Of a stretch of 64,000 nucleotides of DNA, positions 18,001 through 26,620 are shown piece by piece (position 1 is the stretch's first letter; each line of letters begins with the position of its first letter). The notes under the pieces are model-generated. The model saw only the letters and a program-made list of their open reading frames with translations, was not told the origin of the DNA and ran no database searches. The position numbers and the translations under genes are program-made. The stretch comes from an uncultured Ignavibacteria bacterium (GTDB lineage Bacteria > Zixibacteria > MSB-5A5 > JAABVY01), in assembly GCA_964627935.1 (NCBI GenBank), contig CAZVLB010000004.1:153842-217841 (forward strand), in the 5' to 3' direction.

Positions 18001-20110
18001 TACGGTTACCTTCGAGATGAACAGTTCGCCGTCTATTACAGTTGCGGCTGATATGGATGAGTTCGTCTGTAATGCGGCAGAAGAAATCTGTTTCGCCAAT
18101 TCTGCCAATGATCCAGATCTGCCCAGTGACAATCTTACATTCTCACTGACAAATGCCCCGGCCGGTTCATCCATAAATGCCCAGACAGGCCAGGTATGTT
18201 TCTCACCCGGATCATCGGGGACATTCAACTTCACAGTTCGAGTCACTGATGATTGCGGTTCATATGCCGAAGATCAGGTGACCGTAAATATCGAAGAGAA
18301 CAATCCGCCGACAATATCGTCGGCGCAGAATAATTATTCATATACCTACTGTCCCGGCACATCACCGGTCGAGCGCTGTTTCAACAGCTTTGCTATCGAT
18401 GATCCCGATCCGCAGCATGATGCCGGCGACCTGACATTGAGCAAGATCGAGGGCCCGGGCACATTCGATCCGGTAACCATGAAAACCTGCTTCACGCCGG
18501 ATGTCATGGATGCTACTTATACATTTGTATATGAACTGACCGATCCATGCGGAGCCTCAGCTTATGACACAATCACGGTTGAGACAATAGTGCTCGATGA
18601 CTGCGATTCAACCACCTGTCTGGAGATTTCTTTGGGTGATACGACCTGCGTTTACAATGGCGTATATACTCTTGTTCCGGTCGAAATCCAGAACCACACA
18701 GGGGGCGGTATCGGGGGATTCGAATTCCTGATCAGCTACGATGCATCGGCTTTTACCTTTATCGAGGCATTTCAGGCCGAAGCGATCGAGGATTGGGAAT
18801 ACTTCACATATCGCACGGGACCGTTTGGAAATTGCGGTTCCCAGTGTCCCGGCGGCATGGTTCTGCTGGTTGGTTTGGCCGATATTAATAACGGCGCGCC
18901 TCATCCGCCGGAACCGGCATTCGATCCCAACGGTACCCTGGCATGGATGAAGTTCTATGTCACTTCCGACAGAAACTACGGCGGCCAGATTTTTCCGCTT
19001 GAATTCATCTGGCTGGATTGTACCAATAATCTCGTCTCAAACAGGACCGGCGACACGGTCTTTGTGGATAAATTAATTTATGGCCCGCTGGGTTATGTTG
19101 ATTGGGATGAGTTCGATGATGTAACTTATCCGGATGCCGACAGGCCATTTGGCCTCGGCGCTCCCGATCTATGTGTCGTGGGGGATAAGGTCGAGCCGCG
19201 CAGATGTATAATCTTCTATGAAGGATACATCAGTATCTGTCATCCCGATTCTATCGATGCGCGCGGCGATTTGAATCTCAATAATGTGCCCAATGAGATC
19301 GGTGATGGTGTGCTTTACACCAATTTCTTCATCTATGGCCCATCAGTATTTATCGTCAACCTGCCCGGCCAGATAGCGGCTTCGGATGTCAACGCTGACG
19401 GAAGAACCTTGACAGTTGGCGACCTTGTATACCTGATCAGGGTACTCAATGGTGATGCGGCTCCGTATCCAAAACTCAGCCCCTTTGCCAACAGCCTTGA
19501 ACTGACGACCAGTGTCACGCATGATGGCTTAACGGTACAGGCATTCTCGGATATCGACCTGGGTGCGATACGTCTGTCCTTTGAGGTCGAGCATGGTGTT
19601 GATGTCAATGTCAGCCTGGCTGATGATATCGAGAATATGAGCCTTAAATCCGATATTGTTAATAATCGTCTGAATGTGATAATCTACAATTTCGACAAAG
19701 CAAGTATCCCTGCGGGCAGATCGGAATTGATTAGCATTATCACCGATGGCAATCTGGAACTGGTTCAAGCCGAGGCTTCGGATTACGATGGCGCTCAGCT
19801 TGAAGTCAATCTCAGCAGAAAGCATCTGCCGACCGAGTTTGCGCTTGAGCAGAACTATCCGAACCCATTCAACCCGGAAACTGAAATCAGCCTGGCATTG
19901 CCACAGGCCGGTGACTGGAGTCTGGCGATTTACAACATCAAGGGCCAGCTTGTGAAGGAATTCAGCGGCTATTCGGATGCCGGAATCGTGATTGTGCGCT
20001 GGGATTCAAAAGATCACGGCGGCAATCCGGTTGCCTCCGGTATCTATTTCTACAAGGCGGAATACAACGGCGTGGCTTCCGAGACACGCAAGATGGTGCT
20101 GATTAAATAG
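15038..20110 (+). CDS. secreted HYR-repeat adhesin-like protein with cohesin and dockerin modules and T9SS C-terminal sorting domain
   Basis: Signal peptide 'MRKPLILLLVLGFTFLLTSLATA'. There are about 10 HYR-like modules ('ITCPADITIDC…ATDNCD…TRTWTATDDCGNS'). A cohesin-like module follows ('GIGGFEFLISYDASAFTFIEAF…GTLAWMKFYV'), then a dockerin repeat pair ('GDLNLNNVPNEIGDG…', 'DVNADGRTLTVGDLVYLIRVLNG'). The C-terminal T9SS CTD is 'LEQNYPNPFNPETEISL…GIYFYKAEY…KMVLIK'. RBS GGAG sits 5 nt upstream of the ATG at 15038; an alternative ATG is at 15026. Confidence 0.8.
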   Translation: MRKPLILLLVLGFTFLLTSLATAAEDDWWADSLSTKRGSGEPTLQEIFDDLGYDIDADADELGIETFCALPGQNLATIIIEVAGSSTTANSGWYVAGDSSTLYQIFSGSNVPGDSTTFTITAGDSIGFYMEPNLSTYHIWFTENFMNSDNFDHARVYSTSVPHEYLVCFEDLNNGGDMDYNDLIVKIKFANQEPTIELSGLTDYFLCAPEQICIDILAEDANCEGDTLTVEMVQGPGTFTSIVGVGPINASHCFTPASMDDSYQFIFKVTDEVGAEAYDTVTINVEINDPPVITCPADIALQCSESTDPSNTGSASATDDHDANPAISYTDTETAGSCPQEKTITRRWKAVDSCGDSAVCIQTIVVEDTTIPAITCPADITIDCNGSTDPSNTGSATATDNCDTAPDITYADVTNGNVITRTWTATDDCGNSSSCDQLITIEDTTPPTITCPDDVSVQCIADLPPVDINAVTVSDDCDANPAVTHISDVSDGNSCPEIITRTYRATDASGNYAECSQLITIDDTEVPVITCPADITIDCNGSSDPSNTGSATATDNCDTAPDVTYADVTNGNVITRTWTATDDCGNSVGCDQLITIEDTAAPTIACPDDVSVQCIADLPPFDINAVTVSDDCDANPAVTHISDLSDGNSCPEIITRTYRATDASGNYAECTQLITIDDTEAPVITCPADITIDCNGSSDPSNTGSATATDNCDTAPDVTYADVTNGNVITRTWTATDDCGNSASCDQLITIEDTTAPTIACPDDVSVQCIADLPPVDINAVTVTDDCDTNPVVTHISDVSDGNSCPEIITRTYRATDASGNYAECSQLITIDDTEVPVITCPADITIDCNGSSDPSNTGSATATDNCDTAPDVTYADVTNGNVITRTWTATDDCGNSASCDQLIEFNPNTAPVCDIPEDTTITQCTPTEVCLPVSATDAENNLVGCELTDGPGQLANGNWCYTPQGDESVIVTITCTDECDEFCEETFTVTFEMNSSPSITVAADMDEFVCNAAEEICFANSANDPDLPSDNLTFSLTNAPAGSSINAQTGQVCFSPGSSGTFNFTVRVTDDCGSYAEDQVTVNIEENNPPTISSAQNNYSYTYCPGTSPVERCFNSFAIDDPDPQHDAGDLTLSKIEGPGTFDPVTMKTCFTPDVMDATYTFVYELTDPCGASAYDTITVETIVLDDCDSTTCLEISLGDTTCVYNGVYTLVPVEIQNHTGGGIGGFEFLISYDASAFTFIEAFQAEAIEDWEYFTYRTGPFGNCGSQCPGGMVLLVGLADINNGAPHPPEPAFDPNGTLAWMKFYVTSDRNYGGQIFPLEFIWLDCTNNLVSNRTGDTVFVDKLIYGPLGYVDWDEFDDVTYPDADRPFGLGAPDLCVVGDKVEPRRCIIFYEGYISICHPDSIDARGDLNLNNVPNEIGDGVLYTNFFIYGPSVFIVNLPGQIAASDVNADGRTLTVGDLVYLIRVLNGDAAPYPKLSPFANSLELTTSVTHDGLTVQAFSDIDLGAIRLSFEVEHGVDVNVSLADDIENMSLKSDIVNNRLNVIIYNFDKASIPAGRSELISIITDGNLELVQAEASDYDGAQLEVNLSRKHLPTEFALEQNYPNPFNPETEISLALPQAGDWSLAIYNIKGQLVKEFSGYSDAGIVIVRWDSKDHGGNPVASGIYFYKAEYNGVASETRKMVLIK
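16141..17745 (+). repeat. 468-bp in-frame tandem repeat, about 3.4 near-identical copies, each encoding a pair of HYR modules
   Basis: Unit starts at about 16141, 16609, 17077 and 17545. Long stretches are identical at nucleotide level (for example 'acctgtcccgcagatatcacaattgactgcaatggttcaagcgatccatcgaataccggatcagctacagcaacggataactgcgatacagctcctgatgttacctatgccgatgtcaccaacggcaatgttatcacc'). Confidence 0.85.
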
Positions 20111-20136
20111 ACAACCTTTCGATCCTTTGAATGAAG

Positions 20137-20178
20137 CAGGCCCCGTCTGAAATAAAAGGCGGGGCCTGTAATTTTTTA
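20137..20178 (+). terminator. rho-independent terminator after HYR adhesin gene
   Basis: An 11-bp GC-rich stem ('caggccccgtc' … 'ggcggggcctg', one G·U) with a 10-nt loop, followed by 'taatttttta'. Confidence 0.7.
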
Positions 20179-20221
20179 TCATATGATTTGAATCCGAAAG
20201 CAGTTTTGTTATACTGAATTT

Positions 20222-20656
20222 ATGCGCAGGAATTCCAAACCATTCAGCAGCAAAACCGGCAGGAGTTCACGTCCTCATGGCAAGCGAACAAAACCTGATT
20301 TCCATTCGGGCGCAAAAATTGAAACCAGGTCCGGCATCAGTGTCCGATCACAATATGAGAAGATCTGCGTCGATTATCTTTATAAAAACGGTGTTGAGTT
20401 CTTGTATGAGCCATTGATGCTTCTGGGCGGACGGCAGTTTCGTCCCGATTTCTTTCTGCCAGAATATAATCTCTTTCTGGAAATCTGCGGCTTTAACCAT
20501 ATGCCCTACTACCGCAGCCGGGTGGAGCAAAAGAGAGCGACTTACGAAAAGCACAAACTCAATGTGGTGTTTATCAAGTGCAGTACCAAAGGCATGCTGA
20601 TAAAAGAGATCGAAAAAGCGATAGCAGCCAAAAGAGTAGATTGCAAACCGAATTAA
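20222..20656 (+). CDS. DUF559/Vsr-like (PD-(D/E)xK-fold) small basic protein
   Basis: 144 aa with a highly basic N-terminal region. The core 'YEP…RPDFFLPEYNLFLEICGFNHM…' matches the pattern of DUF559/very-short-patch-repair-like endonuclease domains (…DF…IE-DG…H). Cys replaces the usual Asp. Confidence 0.35.
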   Translation: MRRNSKPFSSKTGRSSRPHGKRTKPDFHSGAKIETRSGISVRSQYEKICVDYLYKNGVEFLYEPLMLLGGRQFRPDFFLPEYNLFLEICGFNHMPYYRSRVEQKRATYEKHKLNVVFIKCSTKGMLIKEIEKAIAAKRVDCKPN

Positions 20657-20671
20657 GCCAGCCCTAAAAAC

Positions 20672-21556
20672 CTACCAGATTTTTTCCAGCATGCTCCTTA
20701 GGATTTCATTGAATACCTCGGGCTTTTCCAGTTGAGGAAAATGGCCTGTCTCTGAAATAAATCCTATTTCAAAATGCCCGGCGATTTCTTTGTTGGCCTC
20801 AACGTTGGTCGGGAATCTCTCGGCATTGATGGCGTAAATGGGGATATCGAAATCAGCCAGCGCCTTCTTATAGTCATAAAGAACAGTGTTTCTGAGCGCC
20901 TCCACCGCGATTTCCGGCGGAGCGGAGGCCATATCCTCGGCAATCGGTTCAACTACCGCCGAATCCGATGCGGCAGGGAAGAGGGCCAGCACATAGTCGA
21001 ATGTATATTCCTTGAAATTCCTTTCGAAGTTGTCAACAAAACTGTCGACCTGAGCGTCAGTAAACTCAAGGCTGAAATCCTGATACATATCCACGCCGAT
21101 AATTGCACGCACCTTATCCGGGATCATTTTCGCAGTCTCTATAATCACAACCGCCCCCATGGAATGACCCACCAGCACAACATTATCAAGCTCGAGATAA
21201 TTTACCACGGCAACAACATCCCGGCCAAATGCTTCAACCGTCCAGGCCTCGCGATTCGTGCCGGATTGGCCATGCCCCGCCAGATCGATTGTGACAACTT
21301 TGTAATCTCTGGAAAACGGTCCCACCTGGTTGCGCCAGTAGCTCTCATCGCAGCTCCAGCAATGCAAAAAGACGAGTGTCTTTTCGGCTGAGCCGTAAAC
21401 TTGGTAGTGAATCTCAACGCTGTCGACGGAGAGTACGCTACCCTCCTCCGGGATTGCGACCTTATCTTCTCCCTGGCAGGCCAGGACAATGCAAACTAAA
21501 ACAAACAGCCCGCACAATGCCATATGTCGCATTACAATACAACTCCATTTCATCAA
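20672..21556 (-). CDS. alpha/beta-fold hydrolase, secreted/lipoprotein
   Basis: 294 aa. Signal peptide with 'LACQG'. Nucleophile elbow 'VLVGHSMGAVV', and 'HCWSCDESYW' upstream. Typical AB-hydrolase-1 layout. Confidence 0.75.
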   Translation of the reverse strand: MMKWSCIVMRHMALCGLFVLVCIVLACQGEDKVAIPEEGSVLSVDSVEIHYQVYGSAEKTLVFLHCWSCDESYWRNQVGPFSRDYKVVTIDLAGHGQSGTNREAWTVEAFGRDVVAVVNYLELDNVVLVGHSMGAVVIIETAKMIPDKVRAIIGVDMYQDFSLEFTDAQVDSFVDNFERNFKEYTFDYVLALFPAASDSAVVEPIAEDMASAPPEIAVEALRNTVLYDYKKALADFDIPIYAINAERFPTNVEANKEIAGHFEIGFISETGHFPQLEKPEVFNEILRSMLEKIW

Positions 21557-21639
21557 ATCATTCCTCCGCTGATCGGTTCAATGTTGAATATGGCGATTAT
21601 GTTTCTATTCGGCAATATCAAATTGCTAATAGTTGCGCT

Positions 21640-24552
21640 CTAACAATCCGAATTGCCGTCACCATCCGTGTCGCAGGGAGGATGCCCGCCCTGGAAAACA
21701 TATGTTATCATATAGACTGCATCAGTGAGATTGATCTTGCTGTCGCAGTTAACATCACCAGATTCAAATGGCACTGGCTCACTGCCATTCAGGAACAGGA
21801 AGTTGACGATGTATACCGCGTCAGTGATATTTACAGTCTGGTCTGCATTGGCATCACCGCATTCACCGCCGACACGGAAGGCGAAGATGTCCTCAGTTGT
21901 ATTGGGTTTTGTGGTATTAAACCTGACCACTGTGCCAAATTCCGGATGATCCAGCATGCCGCTGTAATCATTGAATAAAAGTCGTCCCAGATGAAAATCG
22001 TCATCCCATACATATCCCAGATCGCCCGCATTTGGGGGCAATGGTTCGGCGGGGTATTCTAACTCGCCGACATAAATCCTGTCGCCCCAGCTCCATCCGC
22101 CGGAACCGTCATCATCGATGATCCAGAATATGTCACGTTGGTCGGGGATCGTGTCATCCGCGGTGAAATGCCATATCTCGAACGGCGCCCTGTTTGGGAA
22201 CTTGAAATCGGTGGTCCAGTCGTAGTATTCACTGCCCTGGGCCGTGAAACGGAATTCCCAGGCTTCGTTTTCCATGTTTCCGCGCCAGTTGAACCTTTCA
22301 ATCGCTGCCTGATCCGAGCCTGTGAAATCCGAAGAAACATAATAATCACCGCTGGAGTTCATTGACCAGAAGACATTGTCAGGTTCAATCGGCCCTGCTG
22401 AAGTCTCAATCTCGAGTACCGAGGCTATCCCCGGATTTGAACCGATTACACGCGGCATAATGCCATCGATCACAGGGTAATCATAATCCCCTGACTGATT
22501 TTCCTGATTTGTCAGCAGAAACATCCCGTCACGCTCCAAATTCCATGTCTCATCGGGGTTTAATGTTACCGTATAGTAGCCCGTGTTTATAACATTAAAA
22601 TCCACATATTCGACAATGACCATTCCATCAGAATTTCCCTGAATATGATCCGCCGTATCGGACAGGGGAAATTCAGGATCGGCTTCGGGAACTACCGTAA
22701 ATGAGCTTTTGGAACTTTCCAGGTTGGCCATCTTGAATCCCAGGAAATTCAAACCTGCGAAAACCGAATCCTCGGAATGAACATCCTCAATATTGATAAG
22801 ATAAGGCGAGACCGCGAAGTAATAAGGGATACCGTTCATGAGCGGTCCGCCGGCGAGATGATCTTCGTTTATGACCAGGTGATTTTCGATACCGGAACCA
22901 TTGCCGGATTGCACGATCTTTAGTTCCAGTCCTCCAGATTGCTGATCGACGACCCAGTTATATATTAGATTGAAATCCCATGGGCGCGGTATGGTATCAC
23001 AGACTGTAGTCCCATTGTCGTCATAGCAATTGACCGTATTTTCGCCGGCCACAGACTCAAATGCCATCTGGGATTCCATTGCAGTCATATCGAATGTCAT
23101 TATTTTTGTCCAGGGCCCGTTTTCCGTTTCGCCCTGATAAATATTGTAGCCCTCGAAAACATAGAACTCACCATACTGATCCATGAAGTCCTGATAATGA
23201 GTCTCCACACCGCCGCCCCAGATCAGGTCAACTGCCTGATCCATGCCGCGGCCGTAGGCGTAGTAATTGTCATTCGGGAGTGGAACGCTGAAATCGCTCA
23301 AATATACTTCCTGAGCATGCTGGGCGACTTGCCTCAGATCTACTATGCTCTGCAGGTTGTTATTGCCCTGCCCGACAACTATCGCCATAATTACTTCCTG
23401 CGAATCCCCGGGCATCATATTGAATGGTCCGGCTGAGAGCATATAACGGCGGTCGGCAGAGGCATCGTCAATCCATCCCGTACCGGTAACAGGATCGCCG
23501 GCATGATAGAATGTGGTCGTATCGCCATTTGGATCGATGACCGGATTGCCAAAAATCTCCAGGCCCTGCATATAGTTATAGCTCTCCTGGGGAGAGTGGG
23601 GATCCGTTCCGTTTATATACTTATTAAATGATGACATGGGGAGATTTTTCCTGCCCGAATACCATTGCCCCATAAATTTGCCCGAATCATCCGGAAGGCC
23701 ATCAACAAGCGGTCCCTGCAAAAAAGTAAAACCGACAGCCGGCGCCTTCTCACCATAGATGTTATCCGTACCATCATTGTAGCAATAGCCCAGTGAAAGA
23801 CTTGTGTCGCATCCGATCAGGTCATCCCCGGAATGACCAATATCCGGGTCGGCCCACAACGATACATACATGTCCTCGAGCTGATTGCCGCCCTTGTTGA
23901 TAATCAGGAATTTCATGAAGATCGTGCGTCCAAGCGCGCCGACACGATTGAATGCTCCGCTGGTATGCTGAATTTCGATTCCCAGGGGTTCTGTGCTTCC
24001 GGCATCATTGTTATGGCTCAACGGATCGGCGTCATTATAGGCTGACCAGAGGGTTTGATCGCCGAAATGCAATGGATTGCCGTATTGATCTACCGGTGCG
24101 CCCTGATCGGTGGGCCAGTTTAAATAGTCTGGATTGGCATTATCATCGCCGCGATTGATTTTGTAGACCTTGAAATCTGGGCTGTCCGGCTGAAAAGTTC
24201 CGCCCGTCATCGGCCCGGGCACATATTCGCTGTTGTATTCCGCGACAGCTATACGAAGCTGGCCGTTGACCTTTGCACCAAGCCATAATCCGGCAGAATA
24301 GATAACGGTTTTTTCTGTGCCGCGTGGAAAATACAGCCCGGCAACATTACCCAGCACCATATCATTGTCATAGCAGAATGTACCGTCATTGTAGACAAAT
24401 CCCAGCAATGAATTGATATCTATATAAGTATCATGGTCCAGTATCTGAGATAAGTTCGCGTCAGATGTTTTCGATCGATTATCATCTGCTGCGATCAACA
24501 CGGATGCGACTAATAGTAAAATTATTGCGCTTAATAAGATAGATGCTTTCAT
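21640..24552 (-). CDS. large secreted protein with C-terminal dockerin repeat pair
   Basis: 970 aa. Signal peptide 'MKASILLSAIILLLVASVLIAA'. The C-terminus carries two dockerin-type Ca-binding repeats ('GDANADQTVNITDAVYIVNFLF…', 'GDVNCDSKINLTDAVYMITYVFQG'). The roughly 850-aa body is unrecognised. Confidence 0.65.
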   Translation of the reverse strand: MKASILLSAIILLLVASVLIAADDNRSKTSDANLSQILDHDTYIDINSLLGFVYNDGTFCYDNDMVLGNVAGLYFPRGTEKTVIYSAGLWLGAKVNGQLRIAVAEYNSEYVPGPMTGGTFQPDSPDFKVYKINRGDDNANPDYLNWPTDQGAPVDQYGNPLHFGDQTLWSAYNDADPLSHNNDAGSTEPLGIEIQHTSGAFNRVGALGRTIFMKFLIINKGGNQLEDMYVSLWADPDIGHSGDDLIGCDTSLSLGYCYNDGTDNIYGEKAPAVGFTFLQGPLVDGLPDDSGKFMGQWYSGRKNLPMSSFNKYINGTDPHSPQESYNYMQGLEIFGNPVIDPNGDTTTFYHAGDPVTGTGWIDDASADRRYMLSAGPFNMMPGDSQEVIMAIVVGQGNNNLQSIVDLRQVAQHAQEVYLSDFSVPLPNDNYYAYGRGMDQAVDLIWGGGVETHYQDFMDQYGEFYVFEGYNIYQGETENGPWTKIMTFDMTAMESQMAFESVAGENTVNCYDDNGTTVCDTIPRPWDFNLIYNWVVDQQSGGLELKIVQSGNGSGIENHLVINEDHLAGGPLMNGIPYYFAVSPYLINIEDVHSEDSVFAGLNFLGFKMANLESSKSSFTVVPEADPEFPLSDTADHIQGNSDGMVIVEYVDFNVINTGYYTVTLNPDETWNLERDGMFLLTNQENQSGDYDYPVIDGIMPRVIGSNPGIASVLEIETSAGPIEPDNVFWSMNSSGDYYVSSDFTGSDQAAIERFNWRGNMENEAWEFRFTAQGSEYYDWTTDFKFPNRAPFEIWHFTADDTIPDQRDIFWIIDDDGSGGWSWGDRIYVGELEYPAEPLPPNAGDLGYVWDDDFHLGRLLFNDYSGMLDHPEFGTVVRFNTTKPNTTEDIFAFRVGGECGDANADQTVNITDAVYIVNFLFLNGSEPVPFESGDVNCDSKINLTDAVYMITYVFQGGHPPCDTDGDGNSDC

Positions 24553-24704
24553 TTATGACCTCCCAAATGAAGCTGTTCCTCTGACTGGAACTGCACTTAT
24601 GTCCCCCGGGGCAAGTAAATCATCATATGCAGTTTTATATGCTATAAAGATAGTATAATTGTATACCTGTATTTGTCAATTAAAATGAACTGATTTAATA
24701 ATTA

Positions 24705-25691
24705 CTATTTGCTGAGTATGCTCCTGTGAATCCAGCCTTTTTTTGACGATTTATTCCGGCTTTCAAAGCTGATCAGGTTATCCGTTTCCCGTACAACAGT
24801 TTGCATGTTCACGGCAACCTCCTGTACCTCTGCTGTCGCATTTTCAGCCTCATCCAGCCATGTCTGTACATCCGAGATGCTAACAATAGGGCTCTGAGAT
24901 TCACCCTTAACAGCAACCGCCTCAATTGCCGCGGATTTGAGCAGTTTGTCAAATTGCATTTCAAACAGATCATGACTGCGGTATATATCCGCGCAGTTGA
25001 TTTCGCCGTTAATCACTACAACCATACCGACAGCATTATTATCCTCATCCATTTGCTCTTTTATTGCCTGTATATATGGTTGTTGCAGGTTTTGATGTTC
25101 CGCGCTGTCCATCATAAGAACCAGGCTGCCTGATCTTCCGCCCCTCATCATTATTTCGCCCGATTGCATTCTGGCGATATTGTCCCAGACCTTTTGCTGA
25201 TCGGCTTCCAGATTGACCGCAAGTTTTATATCCTTGCCGACAACCATGTTTTCCGATGACTCGAATTTCATTGCATCCGCGCCAGATCGCCCGCTCCAGC
25301 GTCCATGCTCGACGCAGAACGATTTCAGGGGCACCTCGCCGGCATTTGGCTCGAGCACGAGGTCATGACGCAATAACCTGTCCTGACGGCCGCCCTTGAC
25401 AAGATCGCCGGATTGAATGTAAATCCGATAATGTGAGTTGTTGCTGACAGTCAACTCGCCTACATTGCCGGTTTCATTGACCGTAACATAGCCCTTTTCC
25501 ATTGCATCTTTAAGTGAAATCAAATTCTCAGAATCCTCGGAAGAATTATCATGAACCAGGAAGATCGACAGATTTTCATGAACGTACGGGCCGGACAGTT
25601 TATGATCACTATCGTTTTGCTGGCTGACAGCCATTGCGGCGAGGGCCAGGAGCAAAAAAGCCGCTACTGTAATGATGAGTCTGGAAGGCAT
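24705..25691 (-). CDS. secreted hypothetical protein
   Basis: 328-aa ORF with an N-terminal signal peptide ('MPSRLIITVAAFLLLALAAMAVSQ'). No recognisable domain. Confidence 0.5.
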   Translation of the reverse strand: MPSRLIITVAAFLLLALAAMAVSQQNDSDHKLSGPYVHENLSIFLVHDNSSEDSENLISLKDAMEKGYVTVNETGNVGELTVSNNSHYRIYIQSGDLVKGGRQDRLLRHDLVLEPNAGEVPLKSFCVEHGRWSGRSGADAMKFESSENMVVGKDIKLAVNLEADQQKVWDNIARMQSGEIMMRGGRSGSLVLMMDSAEHQNLQQPYIQAIKEQMDEDNNAVGMVVVINGEINCADIYRSHDLFEMQFDKLLKSAAIEAVAVKGESQSPIVSISDVQTWLDEAENATAEVQEVAVNMQTVVRETDNLISFESRNKSSKKGWIHRSILSK

Positions 25692-25854
25692 AGCAGTCTC
25701 CTTTCATTTGGTCCCGATGTGGTGATCCCGATGCTGTGTTTGTAACAATGACGAGTTCCTCCACTATCCCGTTCATTATTTTCTAAAGCCATTACAGAGC
25801 CGTGCCCAAAAAATTCCCGGATATTTTGAAGAATTTATTATATTCGATACCGCT

Positions 25855-26613
25855 ATGATGATACCAAGTGATAAATACATATCAATAACGGCAAAACAGG
25901 ACAGCGACTTAGTCAATTATGCCTCCTCTATGATTGCCGATGAATGGCCCGAGTTTATGCTCTATGATCCGGCGGCGGATTATATGTCAAACTGCTACCG
26001 CGATCTGCCCGAATATCAATTTGTGATCGTTGGCGCCGATAAATCAAAACCACTGGCAATCGGCAATTCGATTCCGCTCGAATACAATGATGCTCTCGAC
26101 AACTTTCCGGAAACCGGATGGGACTGGGTCATCACAAAAGGGATTGAGGATCATAGCGCCGGAGCCAAGCCAAACATAATGTCTGCTTTGCAGGTGTTAG
26201 TTTTTGGTGAGAATAAGGGACAGGGAATTAGTTCATTCGCGGTTAAATCAATGATTGCAATCGGAAAATCAAATGGCTACAAAGGCATGATCGCGCCGGT
26301 TCGTCCCACATACAAGAGCCGCTATCCATTGACCCCGATTGAGGATTATATCAGGTGGCAGGATGATTCCGGGCTGCCGTTCGATCCATGGCTGCGGGTG
26401 CATAAAAGGCTGGGGGCGAAAATTATCAAGCCCTGCCACAAATCGATGCGCATAACCGGCACAGTGTCCGAATGGGAATCGCGCACCGGCATGAAATTTC
26501 CGCAAAGCGGTGAATATATTATCCCCGGCGCACTGGTACCGGTTACGATCAGCAGGGAAGAGGACAGGGGCGTATACATGGAACCGAATGTCTGGATGTG
26601 GCATGAGTTTTAG
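25855..26613 (+). CDS. hypothetical protein, possibly GNAT-like acyltransferase fold
   Basis: 252-aa ORF. Weak GNAT motif-A-like segment 'NKGQGISSFAVKSMIAIG'. No confident assignment. Confidence 0.35.
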   Translation: MMIPSDKYISITAKQDSDLVNYASSMIADEWPEFMLYDPAADYMSNCYRDLPEYQFVIVGADKSKPLAIGNSIPLEYNDALDNFPETGWDWVITKGIEDHSAGAKPNIMSALQVLVFGENKGQGISSFAVKSMIAIGKSNGYKGMIAPVRPTYKSRYPLTPIEDYIRWQDDSGLPFDPWLRVHKRLGAKIIKPCHKSMRITGTVSEWESRTGMKFPQSGEYIIPGALVPVTISREEDRGVYMEPNVWMWHEF

Positions 26614-26620
26614 AGACTGA

